From Acidobacteriota bacterium (GTDB taxonomy: Bacteria; Acidobacteriota; Aminicenantia; Aminicenantales; Aminicenantaceae), in NCBI GenBank assembly GCA_018894615.1, contig JAHIPL010000132.1, positions 1 to 46,150 of the forward strand: a stretch of DNA of 46,150 nucleotides. The letters run 5' to 3'. A program made the position numbers and the translations under genes. Below the pieces are notes generated by a model. That model did no database searches and had not been told where the DNA came from. It saw only the letters and a list, made by a program, of their open reading frames with translations. Shown here piece after piece: positions 1 through 9,676 of this stretch (position 1 is its first letter; each line of letters starts with the position of its first letter).

Positions 1-15
1 AAAAAATCAAATGTC

Positions 16-987
16 ATGCGGGGGAAACCTTGTGATAAACTGATAAAAGGAGGCCCCATGAAGAGAGGACCGATGCAGGGATTGACGGGATTGATTCTGA
101 TCTTGGCGCTTGTGTCTTCCGCGAGGGGACAAATCCTGTCACCGCTGGATTATTTGCCCGCGTCCACCCCGGACGGGAAGTGGAAAAAGCACGGCCGAAT
201 GGACACGTACTCTGGTGACGACCTTTTCATCTATATCAACGGCGGGGCGGAAATATTTCATGAGTACGGATTCCGTCAGGTCATGGTTCAGGATTACGTC
301 CATTCGATGGGGAATACACTCACCCTGGAAATCTATGAAATGGAAGATTCGGCCGCCGCATTCGGGATGTATTCCTTCAAGCGGGGTGAGAGCGGTGAGC
401 CCGTGGCTGTCGGCTCCGGCGGTCGGCAGGAGGGATACTATCTGCATTTCTGGAAGGGTCCCTATCTGGTCACCCTGACCGGATTTGATGAGGATGCCGT
501 CACGGTCAGCGGTGTGCGTGATGTGGCTTTTTCCGTCTCCGCCGGGATGGCGTCCTTGCCGGAAGGGGGCGTCCCGCCTCTGGTTGCTCTCCTTCCCGAA
601 AAGGGGTTGATCACTCAAACCGTGTGTTATCTGGAAGGTCATTTGGGGCTGTACAACGTTTACCCCTTTTCCAACCGGGATATCTTCAAAACGACCCGGG
701 CCGTGATCGGAACATATGAAGACGGGTACCGTCTTTTTCTGATCGGTGCGGTCGGCGATGGTCTTTCGCTTCTGGACGCGGCTGCTGAAACGTTCCGGAA
801 GGAAATCCGTTATACAGAGGTTACCAGGAAGGCGGAGGGATGGCTTCTCAGTGACAGCGAGGGGCGGGTCGTCCATCTCCGCTGCCTCGAATCCATCATC
901 GTCGCCGTCGTCGGAAATCCGGGGATAACGGGCCTTGAATCCGTTTTTTCTTCTCTGAAGAGGGATCTGCCGGCAGGTCGGAAGTGA
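16..987 (+). CDS. Exported protein, DUF6599-like (true start probably 58 or 73)
   Basis: Hydrophobic signal-like N-terminus (GLILILALVSSARG) followed by LFIYINGGAEIFHEYGF...LEIYEM...AAFGMYS, a pattern I recall from DUF6599 proteins. Confidence 0.55.
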   Translation: MRGKPCDKLIKGGPMKRGPMQGLTGLILILALVSSARGQILSPLDYLPASTPDGKWKKHGRMDTYSGDDLFIYINGGAEIFHEYGFRQVMVQDYVHSMGNTLTLEIYEMEDSAAAFGMYSFKRGESGEPVAVGSGGRQEGYYLHFWKGPYLVTLTGFDEDAVTVSGVRDVAFSVSAGMASLPEGGVPPLVALLPEKGLITQTVCYLEGHLGLYNVYPFSNRDIFKTTRAVIGTYEDGYRLFLIGAVGDGLSLLDAAAETFRKEIRYTEVTRKAEGWLLSDSEGRVVHLRCLESIIVAVVGNPGITGLESVFSSLKRDLPAGRK

Positions 988-1056
988 TCGATTCCATTTT
1001 CATCCCGGCCCGTGTGATTATTGCCCGGAAAGCCGGTGTCAGGTGTATGGAAGGCT

Positions 1057-2919
1057 CTACAGCTTTTTCGCCGCCCAGAGCATGATGTCCTGCAGACGCG
1101 GTACGACGTGATCGATGTCTTCCAGAATTCCATCGCGCAGCAGCATGTTTTCCAGAAGCTGAAGGGACAGGCCTTTGAGCTCTTCTGAATCGGGCCGTTC
1201 GTCATGGATGCGCATCATTTCCCGGATCAGGCTGTTGTCGGGATTGATTTCAAAAACCCTTTTTGCGAATGGATAGTCCTTATTGGACAGCTTCATCATT
1301 TTTTCCATCTGAATGGAAGGCGCCCCGGGGGCGTGCACCAGCAGGCAGGGACTGTCGACCAGGCGGTTGGACCGCTTGACGTCGGCGACGCGGTTTTCAT
1401 ATACGGTTTTTAGATATTTGATGAAGTCCTCGACCCGTTTGACCGTGCTCTTGTCTTCGGTTTTGTCTTTATCCCTGTCAAGACGGATGTCGGCGGCCTC
1501 CGCGATTTTGAAGATTTTCCCGTCAAATTCTCTCAGGTGTTCGATCACAAACTCGTCCAGCGGATCGATTAGATACAGGACTTCCAGTTTTTTTTCCCTG
1601 AAAGCCTCCAGGGCGGGATTGTGCGCCAAAGACGCTCCATCAGGCCCGGTGACGTAATAGATTTCCTTCTGGTCGGCGGCCATCCTGTCCACATAGGTCC
1701 GAAGATCGATCAATTCATCCTTCTTCTCATTGGAGGAATGGAATAGCAGCAGGGGCGTGATTTTATCCCGGTTGTTGAAATCGGAAATAATGCCCTCCTT
1801 CAAGTTGCGCTGAAAATTGTTCCAGATTCGAAGATAATTCTCCCGCTGCCCTGTTTTAAGTTTCTTCAGGTGAGAAAAAAGCTGTTTCAGGATGTGTTTC
1901 CGTATTTTTTCGATCTTGATATTGTTCTGAATGGTCTCCCGGCTGATATTGAGGGGGATTTCCTCGGAATCGATGACCCCCTTCAGAAATCGAAGATATT
2001 CGGGAAGAATATCACGGCTTCCTTTTTGGATGAGGACTTTTCGTGAGTACAGGTCGATGCCCGGTTCTTCCTTGAAGAAGCCCAGGGCTTCCAGCGATGT
2101 TTTAGGGACAAATAAAACGGCGTTGAACTGGACAGGGGCGTCGGACGAGAGATGGAGGAAGGTTTCAGGTTCTTCCTTGGTATGTTCGATGAATTTGAAA
2201 AAAGCGTGATAGTCATCGGCCTTGAGTGAGGATTTGGGTTGAGCCCAGATGGCCTCCGTGCTTACCAGTTTTTCCCCCTCCAGAGAGATGGGGAAGGGAA
2301 CAAATTTGGAGTGATTGTCGATGATGGTCCGGAGGGCGAAAGTGTCCAGGAGCCCCTTCTCTTCTTCCTTTTTCAAATAAAGTTCGATCCGTGTGCCCCG
2401 TGTCTTTTTTACTGTCTCTTCGATGGAATAGTCCTTCTCGCCTGTGGATTTCCAGATCCAGGCCGGACTGTCTTTTTGATAGGATTTGGTGATGATGTGA
2501 ATTTCCCTGGCCACCATGAAGCTGGAATAAAATCCGACTCCGAACTGGCCGATCAGGTTTGACCTCTCTTTCTGGTCCGTTTCAGACAGCGTTTTGAGGA
2601 ACTCCATGGTCCCCGAGCGGGCGATGGTTCCTATGTTGTCGATGATCTCCTGCTTGGTCATGCCGATCCCGGTGTCTTCGATGACGATGGTTTTCCGGGT
2701 ATTGTTGAAACCGATTTCGATCTTGAGGTCCAGGTCCGTATCGGGAAGGTCTTTGTCCGTCAGCAGCTTGAACCGGACCTTATTGAGAGCGTCGACGGCG
2801 TTGGAGATCAGTTCCCGAAGAAAGACCTCTTTGTTTTTATAGAGGGAATAGACAAGGATGTTGAGCAGCTGTTTGACCTCGGATTGAAATTCAAATTGTT
2901 CTTTTTTGGTGTTGGACAT
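1057..2919 (-). CDS. htpG: Chaperone HtpG (Hsp90)
   Basis: FQSEVKQLL, FLRELISNAVDA, DTGIGMT, GQFGVGFYSSF, LNISRETIQ; RBS GGAGGA upstream. Confidence 0.98.
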   Translation of the reverse strand: MSNTKKEQFEFQSEVKQLLNILVYSLYKNKEVFLRELISNAVDALNKVRFKLLTDKDLPDTDLDLKIEIGFNNTRKTIVIEDTGIGMTKQEIIDNIGTIARSGTMEFLKTLSETDQKERSNLIGQFGVGFYSSFMVAREIHIITKSYQKDSPAWIWKSTGEKDYSIEETVKKTRGTRIELYLKKEEEKGLLDTFALRTIIDNHSKFVPFPISLEGEKLVSTEAIWAQPKSSLKADDYHAFFKFIEHTKEEPETFLHLSSDAPVQFNAVLFVPKTSLEALGFFKEEPGIDLYSRKVLIQKGSRDILPEYLRFLKGVIDSEEIPLNISRETIQNNIKIEKIRKHILKQLFSHLKKLKTGQRENYLRIWNNFQRNLKEGIISDFNNRDKITPLLLFHSSNEKKDELIDLRTYVDRMAADQKEIYYVTGPDGASLAHNPALEAFREKKLEVLYLIDPLDEFVIEHLREFDGKIFKIAEAADIRLDRDKDKTEDKSTVKRVEDFIKYLKTVYENRVADVKRSNRLVDSPCLLVHAPGAPSIQMEKMMKLSNKDYPFAKRVFEINPDNSLIREMMRIHDERPDSEELKGLSLQLLENMLLRDGILEDIDHVVPRLQDIMLWAAKKL

Positions 2920-2977
2920 CGTAAATCCTCCGTGAAATGGATATGTTTAAGTTCTTATTATAGGGCCTTCTTATTTT

Positions 2978-4603
2978 TTATCGATAAGGATCAGTGTTGT
3001 ATGGGTCGTTCGTCGCGGTATCTCCCGTTGATTTTAAATCGAGGAGGAACTGATTTTTTTTCGACCGGTCCTCCCCGATGCTGGTGACGTAGATGGCCGG
3101 CTGGTCGACAACCGGACATTTGTTCTCACAGATCCCGCAGCCGTTGCACAGTTGTGTGTCAATCACCGGGGCTTTCGGTTTTTTTATACTTCCATCGGGT
3201 TGAAGGACATCCACCTCCACCATTTTGATGGCTTTGGGTGAGACCGGGCAGTGCTCCTCGCAGACGATACAGGGGTCCCCGAATATCCAGGGGATGCATC
3301 GGTCCTTGTTGATCCAGGCTGTCCCGATCTTGACCTGGGTTTTGGCTTCGACCATCAGCTCTTCGATGGCGCCCGTCGGGCAGACCTGTGTGCAGAGAGA
3401 GCAGTAATACTCACAGTATCCGATCTCGGGAACGAGAATGGGTGTCCAGAGGCCGTCAGGCCCGGCTTCCCATTTTGCGGGCTGCAGCGCATTGGTCGGA
3501 CAGACCTTCATGCATTCCCCGCACTTGACGCATTTTTGAAGAAACATGTCTTCGGGAAGGGCGCCCGGCGGACGGATTAGTTTCTCAGAAGCCCGGGTGC
3601 GTCCGGGATGGATTCGAAAAAAGGGGACGGCCAGAGCACCCAGGAATGTGCCCAGAAGGACTTTTCTTCTGGAGAGATCGATGGCTTCGATGCTTTCCGG
3701 GCGGGCTGAAAAATGAAAATCGATGGCGCTTGTGGGGCAGATCGAACCGCAGGTGAAGCAGTACACGCACTCAGCGCTTTTCCATTCGGCTTCGGGATAA
3801 GGATCGGCCTCGGTTTCGCACTGGATGGTGCAGAGGTTGCAATTAATGCATTTATTCTCATCAATCTTGAGCTTCATGATGTTCCAGCGGGCCAGCAGTC
3901 CCAGAAAAGCGCCCAGCGGACAGAGGTAGCGGCACCAGAAACGCTCTCTGTGCATGTTGAGGAAAACAATTCCGAAAAAAATCAGGCTGATGAGCAGGCC
4001 CTGAAAAAAAACGGCATTCATGTTCAGGGTCTCAAAGGCCTGGACGAATCCGTCTCCCAGGGACGTCCATCCCGTCGAAAAAACGAGCCCGATGGAGATG
4101 GAAAGGACGTGGTTGACGGCAGGAAGAATCCCGGTTGCGAATGAACGGGTAAGCAGGGATAAGGGATCCAGAATTCCGGCCAGATTGAGGGAGAACAGGG
4201 AGGATATCAGCAAAAAGATAAGAATGTAATATTTCCAGGTGGTGTGATTATGGGATCCTTTTCTTGGATGCAGGAGTTTCGCTTTTTTGAAAACAAAAGA
4301 AAAAAACTGCTGAACGGCGCCCATGGGACAAACCCACCCGCATGCCACACGTCCCAGAACCAGGGTGATGACGATCGTGACGGCGGCGAATTTGAAGGCT
4401 GTGAACATGGTCCTGGCCGCAAGAAACGTAACAATCGCAATCAGTGGATCCCAGTGAAAAAATCCCTCCACGTTTTTAATGTAGTCTTCTCCTGGAAATC
4501 GGGTTTGAAGAAGAAGAATCAAAAAGAGGGAGAAAAAGAAAATCTGGGACAGAATGCGCAGAGCTTGAATCAGGCGGTACTTTTTAGACCGTTCTTTTTT
4601 CAA
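2978..4603 (-). CDS. Membrane polyferredoxin, NapH/MauN-like transmembrane domain fused to a NapG/MauM-like 4Fe-4S domain
   Basis: GRVACGWVCPMG and RFWCRYLCPLG (CxxxCP) motifs, several TM segments, multiple CxxCxxCxxxCP clusters, IRPPGA of NapG/MauM; TTG start. Confidence 0.85.
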   Translation of the reverse strand: MKKERSKKYRLIQALRILSQIFFFSLFLILLLQTRFPGEDYIKNVEGFFHWDPLIAIVTFLAARTMFTAFKFAAVTIVITLVLGRVACGWVCPMGAVQQFFSFVFKKAKLLHPRKGSHNHTTWKYYILIFLLISSLFSLNLAGILDPLSLLTRSFATGILPAVNHVLSISIGLVFSTGWTSLGDGFVQAFETLNMNAVFFQGLLISLIFFGIVFLNMHRERFWCRYLCPLGAFLGLLARWNIMKLKIDENKCINCNLCTIQCETEADPYPEAEWKSAECVYCFTCGSICPTSAIDFHFSARPESIEAIDLSRRKVLLGTFLGALAVPFFRIHPGRTRASEKLIRPPGALPEDMFLQKCVKCGECMKVCPTNALQPAKWEAGPDGLWTPILVPEIGYCEYYCSLCTQVCPTGAIEELMVEAKTQVKIGTAWINKDRCIPWIFGDPCIVCEEHCPVSPKAIKMVEVDVLQPDGSIKKPKAPVIDTQLCNGCGICENKCPVVDQPAIYVTSIGEDRSKKNQFLLDLKSTGDTATNDPYNTDPYR

Positions 4604-5468
4604 TTTTCAGCTTCTCCAGGTTGAATTCTCCGAATCCCCTTTCATTGGCCATTCGGAGATAGGGCATGTCTTCAGGTTTGATGTCAAAAAAGCTCAAACC
4701 CAGTGCATCCACAGCCACGTAGTCCGTTCCCGCGATGACGGTTTTTTTCACTTCCATGTCTGAGGGGCGTCCGCCCTGAGGCCCGTTGCGGAGAAGGACC
4801 CTGTAGGCATCGAGCACGGTCAGGACGGGTTTGAAATAGGCGGCGAGATCGATCATGGCCGCATCGAGATTCTGGTGCAGCTGGTTTCTGTTCCCACCGA
4901 GGCAGCCCAGCCAGTTTTTCATTCCCAGAGTGACGCGGGACAGGCTGTGGTGTTTGGCGATGGGAACGTTGATGATTTTATCCGTTTCGATGAAGTCGGT
5001 GTAGACCTCCCAGTCCTTCAGCCATTCTCCGTTCAGGTCAACTTTTTTCATCTTGTGTTCGCTGCAGTAAAGGACCTTTGCCCCCGCATCCTTGGCGGCC
5101 TGGGCGATGCCTGAACGGAGATAGGTCCGTTGGGCGGGATTGCAGGGATTGTCCATCACCTTGACTTCTTTGGCTCCGGCGTCGCGGCACATTTCCACCA
5201 GCGCTCTGACAACCTCCGGATTGGTGCAGGCCGCCTGTTCCGGCCGGCGGTCCCATCCGATATTCGGTTTGATCATCACTCGATCGCCCTTTGTGATGAA
5301 GCGGCCCATTCCGCCGATGGCTTCCACAGCGGTTTTTGTGATCTGAGCAGGGGATTCCCCCTGGATAGAGGCCAGATCCGGAAGGACGGACTGAGCCCAC
5401 AGTCGAGGGCCGGCCTGCAGGATCAGGCTGCCGACCGTGACATCTTTGATAAATGTTCTTCTTTTCAT
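4584..5468 (-). CDS. DUF362 family protein with twin-arginine signal peptide
   Basis: MKRRTFIK Tat motif at ATG 5468; VMIKPNIGWDR, TNPEVV, INVPIAKHH, TLGMKNWLG, DYVAVDA motifs. Confidence 0.85.
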   Translation of the reverse strand: MKRRTFIKDVTVGSLILQAGPRLWAQSVLPDLASIQGESPAQITKTAVEAIGGMGRFITKGDRVMIKPNIGWDRRPEQAACTNPEVVRALVEMCRDAGAKEVKVMDNPCNPAQRTYLRSGIAQAAKDAGAKVLYCSEHKMKKVDLNGEWLKDWEVYTDFIETDKIINVPIAKHHSLSRVTLGMKNWLGCLGGNRNQLHQNLDAAMIDLAAYFKPVLTVLDAYRVLLRNGPQGGRPSDMEVKKTVIAGTDYVAVDALGLSFFDIKPEDMPYLRMANERGFGEFNLEKLKIEKRTV

Positions 5469-5472
5469 AATC

Positions 5473-6681
5473 CTATCCTTTTCCGAGAGATTGAATGTAG
5501 CGGACAATGCCGTTGAAGATCCCCTGAGCGACATGCTGTCGGTACTCGGGCGACTTGAGGCGTTCCTCCTCCCGGCTGTGGCTGAGATGGGAGATTTCGA
5601 TCAGAACGGACGGCATTTCTCCTCCGATGAGCACCCAGAACGGGCCGCCTCTGACCCCCAGGTCTTGGATGTACTTGTACGATCCGGAGAGGTGCTGGAC
5701 AAGTTGGGACTGGATGCACTGGGCAAGCTCCCTGGATTCCAGTATTTTGCTGTTTTTGACGATTTTATTGATGATGTTTTTCATATCACTGATATTTTTG
5801 GTGGAGGTCGCGTTCTCGCGTGCGGCGATCGCTGTAACATCGGGATCCGCGGAAAAATTAAGAAAAAAAGTGGAGGTCCCGTAAAAATTTTTCCGTGGAT
5901 TGGCATTGGCGTGCACGGAGATAAAAAGATCGGCCTGTTTCTGGTTGGCGATAACGGTTCTGTTCTCGGGCGGAATGAAGATGTCCGACTCGCGGGTGAA
6001 GACGACCTCCAAACCCTTCTGCTGTTGAAGGAGCTGTTTCAAGCGGACGCAGACATCCAGTACGATGTCCTTTTCATAAACGCCGGTCTTTCCCACGCAT
6101 CCCGGGTCGTTGCCTCCATGGCCGGGATCGATGACGATCCGGTGAATCCCGAGTCCAAGCTGTCGGGCCAGGCTGTAGCCCGATTCAAGGGGTTGGGCCG
6201 GTTGGACCAGGGTCGCCGGCGGTTTTCCCGCCGGGGTGGCCGGGATGTTTTTTTTAGGGAAAATATCGATGACGATCCGAAAGGGATCAAAAAGGTGCCA
6301 GACTTGATAGCGGTCGGTCAAGTCAAAATCCAGATCCACCACCATGCGGACGGTCGATTTGTTTTTCTGCGCGATACGGATGCTGCGGATGTAGCCGTTA
6401 TCCACAAGAATGGTCTTGCCGTGAAGAATGGGATTCAGCTGCGTTTCATAGATGTCGATATAAACGCGATCCGGTTCAATGAGCCGGTTGGAATGGTATT
6501 CCCTGAGCTGCCCGATATCAATGGCGATCCGGGTGTGAGTCGGGTGGGTGAAGGGCCGGAGGTTGTACACTTCCACCTGGGCCGCACCCGAGCCGGGGCT
6601 GAAGAGGAGGAGCAAAACAGCTGGCGGAAAAAACAGGGAAAAAATCCGGCGGCGTTTCATCCGCTGTTTAATGTCTGTCAT
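5473..6681 (-). CDS. amiC: N-acetylmuramoyl-L-alanine amidase (AMIN domain + Amidase_3)
   Basis: Signal peptide, AMIN-like RIAIDI/VRMVVDL/FRIVIDI strands, IDPGHGG, FISVHANA, SVLIEISHLS. Confidence 0.9.
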   Translation of the reverse strand: MTDIKQRMKRRRIFSLFFPPAVLLLLFSPGSGAAQVEVYNLRPFTHPTHTRIAIDIGQLREYHSNRLIEPDRVYIDIYETQLNPILHGKTILVDNGYIRSIRIAQKNKSTVRMVVDLDFDLTDRYQVWHLFDPFRIVIDIFPKKNIPATPAGKPPATLVQPAQPLESGYSLARQLGLGIHRIVIDPGHGGNDPGCVGKTGVYEKDIVLDVCVRLKQLLQQQKGLEVVFTRESDIFIPPENRTVIANQKQADLFISVHANANPRKNFYGTSTFFLNFSADPDVTAIAARENATSTKNISDMKNIINKIVKNSKILESRELAQCIQSQLVQHLSGSYKYIQDLGVRGGPFWVLIGGEMPSVLIEISHLSHSREEERLKSPEYRQHVAQGIFNGIVRYIQSLGKG

Positions 6682-6733
6682 CTTTTGTTTTACTGTCCAA
6701 ACGATTGGGTCGCCTTCCTATAATACAAGACGC

Positions 6734-7936
6734 TCAGGCGCCGTATTTTTGCAGTTTCCCGGCATGGGCCAGTAGCAGCGCCATAACATGCACGGCGGGA
6801 AAGCGGCCCAGATATCCATGGCTGCAGGCCCTCTCGGAAAAAAAGGTCACGGTGTCCGGCATGGCGGTCCTCCCGTGAATAATGACGGGATTCGGGTGCC
6901 AGGAGTGAGCCTTCATCAAACAGGGGGTGGAGTGGTCGGAGGTCACCGCCAGCACTTCAGGATTGTGGTGCAGGATGCGCGGAATAAAACCGTCCGTTTT
7001 TTCGATGGCCTTTGTTTTAGCCTCCATATCGCCGTCTTCTCCGGCCGAGTCCGTCCTTTTGACATGCATATAAAAAAAGTCATAATCCGCGTAATGGCGG
7101 TCCAGCGTGTCAAAAAGATCGGAGATGTCCGGCCCGACATCCAGAATGTCCATTCCCGCAAGCTTCGCCAGCCCCCGGTACATGGGATAGTTGGCAATGG
7201 CCGCGGCCTTGAGCTTGTAGAGCTCTTTAAAGGTGGGGATTGTCGGATGTTTGGAAAAGCCGCGAAGAAGGATGGTGTTGGCCCGGGGCTGATCCTTGAG
7301 AACGGCCGTGACTTCCTCGATGAACGCATTCACGACGGCGGCCGCGGTCGCGGCTTCTTCCGTCTGCGCTCCGGTTCCGACAGGAGGCTTGTTTTCCTTC
7401 TGGGGGTCGGCGTCGCTCAAACGGTCGCATAGACCTTCCCCACTGAATTTGGCGACAAAACGGTGCTCCTTGCCGGGTGTGAGCTCAACCGCGATTCCTC
7501 TTACGGATTGAAGGGAGGAATTGACCAGACGGCACAGTTCCATGTTCCGCTCGCTGGAGATGCGTCCGGCCCGGCGGTCCGTTATCTTCCCCTCGGACAG
7601 AGTGGCGAAGTTGCCTCTGGCGACCATGTCGTTCGGCCCGACAAGAACACCGACTCCCAGGGCCTCAAGAATTCCGCGTCCCAGGATGTACTTGAACGGA
7701 TCGTATCCGAACAAAGACAGATGGGAAGGTCCGCTGCCCGGGGTGATGCCCCTGGCGACCGGATCCGTCAGGCCGCATGCGCCCTCCAGGGCCAGCCGGT
7801 CGAGATGGGGAGTAACAGCTCTTTCGAGCGCCGTCTGTCCGTCCGTCGGGAGGTCGCCGAGCCCGTCCATGACCAGAAGGACGATTTTGGATTCCGTTGG
7901 AACACATAAGGAGCGCAGAACGTCAATTTCTTTCAT
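6734..7936 (-). CDS. apgM: 2,3-bisphosphoglycerate-independent phosphoglycerate mutase, archaeal-type
   Basis: VMDGLGD, TPGSGPSHLSLFGY, DRRAGRI, HVKRTDSAGEDG, TSDHSTP, HSWHPNP. Confidence 0.92.
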   Translation of the reverse strand: MKEIDVLRSLCVPTESKIVLLVMDGLGDLPTDGQTALERAVTPHLDRLALEGACGLTDPVARGITPGSGPSHLSLFGYDPFKYILGRGILEALGVGVLVGPNDMVARGNFATLSEGKITDRRAGRISSERNMELCRLVNSSLQSVRGIAVELTPGKEHRFVAKFSGEGLCDRLSDADPQKENKPPVGTGAQTEEAATAAAVVNAFIEEVTAVLKDQPRANTILLRGFSKHPTIPTFKELYKLKAAAIANYPMYRGLAKLAGMDILDVGPDISDLFDTLDRHYADYDFFYMHVKRTDSAGEDGDMEAKTKAIEKTDGFIPRILHHNPEVLAVTSDHSTPCLMKAHSWHPNPVIIHGRTAMPDTVTFFSERACSHGYLGRFPAVHVMALLLAHAGKLQKYGA

Positions 7937-7984
7937 AATGCCTGCTTAAACATTATTGATTCAAATCGCATTTTTTCGACACAA

Positions 7985-8013
7985 ACTATAGGGGATAATT
8001 TCCGGCAAGTCAA
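7985..8013 (-). promoter_or_regulatory. Sigma70-type promoter for the apgM operon
   Basis: Minus strand TTGACT-17 bp-TATAGT, about 50 bp upstream of the apgM ATG. Confidence 0.65.
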
Positions 8014-8016
8014 CGA

Positions 8017-8080
8017 AGCGGGCCTGTTTCCAGGGGACATGCCGGTGGACATCACCGCCTGGAACACCCGGGAGGCCGCT
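8017..8080. repeat. Nested inverted repeat (long hairpin) between the divergent apgM and guaA promoters
   Basis: AGCG(G)GCCT/AGGCCGCT, TTCCAGG/CCTGGAA and CGGTG/CACCG stems nested around a GACAT loop. Confidence 0.55.
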
Positions 8081-8117
8081 CGTCCCGAATTCGCTGGTAG
8101 AACCACCGGGCAATTTC

Positions 8118-8126
8118 TGCTAAAAT
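8118..8126 (+). promoter_or_regulatory. Extended -10 promoter of guaA (possibly leaderless transcript)
   Basis: TGcTAAAAT ends 7 nt before the ATG at 8133; no Shine-Dalgarno before the ATG. Confidence 0.45.
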
Positions 8127-8132
8127 CTATGC

Positions 8133-9665
8133 ATGAAGAAGGTTTTTGTTCTCGATTTCGGGTCACAGTACACTCAACTCATTGCGAGGAAGATTAGAGA
8201 ACTGGGTGTTTTTTCTGAAATTCTGCCGTTTGATACGTCCGTGGAGCATTTCAGAAAGGAGCGTCCCGGGGCGATCATTCTATCCGGCGGTCCGCAAAGC
8301 GTCTACGAGAAGGATTCCCCTTCCATTACGGCAGAGATTTTTAACCTCGGCGTTCCCGTTCTCGGGATCTGCTACGGCCTTCAGATCATGAGCCTGAGCC
8401 TCGGAGGCGAAGTGGTGGCCTCGACCAAACGGGAGTATGGTTTTGCCGCTCTCCGGGTGCTGGACCGGAAAGGGATTCTGTCCGGGATTCGGGACGGCGG
8501 GCAGGTCTGGATGAGCCACGGCGACAAGGTCAGCCGGATCCCCCCGGGGTTCCGCGTTACGGGAACGACAAAGAACTGTAAAACGGCCGTCATCGAGTCC
8601 CCGGGAAATAATCTGTACGGGATCCAGTTCCATCCCGAAGTCATTCACACCAGGCAGGGGAAAAAGATCCTGGCCAACTTCCTCTTCAATCTGGCCGGAA
8701 TCGAGCCGAACTGGGACATGGAATCCTTCATCGACACAAAAACAAAGGAAATCCGGCGGCAGGTCGGAGACAGGCTGATCGTCTGCGGCCTGAGCGGCGG
8801 CGTGGATTCTCTCGTGACTTCGCTTCTCCTTCATCGGGCTGTCAAAGACAACCTTTACTGCATCTTCGTCGACAACGGACTGTTGCGAAAAGGCGAGTAT
8901 CAGAGACTCATGGAGACATTCAGAAAAAAGTTCGATCTGAACGTGATCGGCGTCGAAGCGGAAGACCGATTTCTTCACCGGCTGAAAAAGATATCCTCTC
9001 CGGAAAGGAAGAGAAAAATCATCGGGGAAGAGTTCATCCACATTTTTGAGGAGGAAGCGGGAAAAATCGGACAGATCGATTTCCTGGCCCAGGGGACGAT
9101 TTATCCCGATGTGATTGAAAGCAATCCCGTCAAGGGGCCCTCATCAAAAATCAAATCCCATCACAATGTGGGCGGACTGCCCAAGGATCTCCCCTTTGAA
9201 CTGATCGAACCGCTCAAGGAACTGTTCAAGGATGAAGTGAGGGAACTGGCGGCTGATCTGGGGCTGGAGAAGGATTTTATTTCTCAGCACCCCTTTCCCG
9301 GGCCGGGGCTCGCCGTGCGGGTGATCGGCGAGGTCACGCGGGAAAGGCTGCGTATTCTGCGCGAAGCGGACGATATCCTGATTCAGGAAATTCGCAAAGC
9401 GAGGCTGTACGATAAACTATGGCAGGCTTTTGCCGTTCTCCTGCCGGTCCGATCCGTCGGAGTGATGGGAGACCGCCGGACATACCAGAGGGTTTGTGTC
9501 CTTCGTCTTGTCCAGAGTGTCGACGGCATGACGGCGGATTGGTTTCCCGCGGATTCCAGGCTTCTCTCCACAATTGCGAACAGGATCGTCAATGAAGTGG
9601 ACGGAATCAACCGGATCGTTTACGATATAACGACCAAACCGCCCGGAACGATTGAGTGGGAGTAG
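8133..9665 (+). CDS. guaA: GMP synthase (glutamine-hydrolysing)
   Basis: LDFGSQYTQLIAR, GICYG, QFHPE, LSGGVDS, AQGTIYPDVIES, KPPGTIEWE. Confidence 0.99.
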   Translation: MKKVFVLDFGSQYTQLIARKIRELGVFSEILPFDTSVEHFRKERPGAIILSGGPQSVYEKDSPSITAEIFNLGVPVLGICYGLQIMSLSLGGEVVASTKREYGFAALRVLDRKGILSGIRDGGQVWMSHGDKVSRIPPGFRVTGTTKNCKTAVIESPGNNLYGIQFHPEVIHTRQGKKILANFLFNLAGIEPNWDMESFIDTKTKEIRRQVGDRLIVCGLSGGVDSLVTSLLLHRAVKDNLYCIFVDNGLLRKGEYQRLMETFRKKFDLNVIGVEAEDRFLHRLKKISSPERKRKIIGEEFIHIFEEEAGKIGQIDFLAQGTIYPDVIESNPVKGPSSKIKSHHNVGGLPKDLPFELIEPLKELFKDEVRELAADLGLEKDFISQHPFPGPGLAVRVIGEVTRERLRILREADDILIQEIRKARLYDKLWQAFAVLLPVRSVGVMGDRRTYQRVCVLRLVQSVDGMTADWFPADSRLLSTIANRIVNEVDGINRIVYDITTKPPGTIEWE

Positions 9666-9676
9666 AATCAGCCGTT

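Noticed and set aside
2919-2977. Looked for a CIRCE or heat-shock element upstream of htpG; GTGAAATGG here also matches the arc direct-repeat unit
   Set aside because: No CIRCE inverted repeat, and a single 9-mer match is expected by chance
5437-6723. 428-aa ORF antisense to amiC; similar long shadows at 10469-12148, 12260-12871, 21439-22812, 23701-24933, 34271-35194 and 36084-37052
   Set aside because: All lie opposite clearly identified genes, carry no recognisable motifs, and are the expected shadow of codon bias
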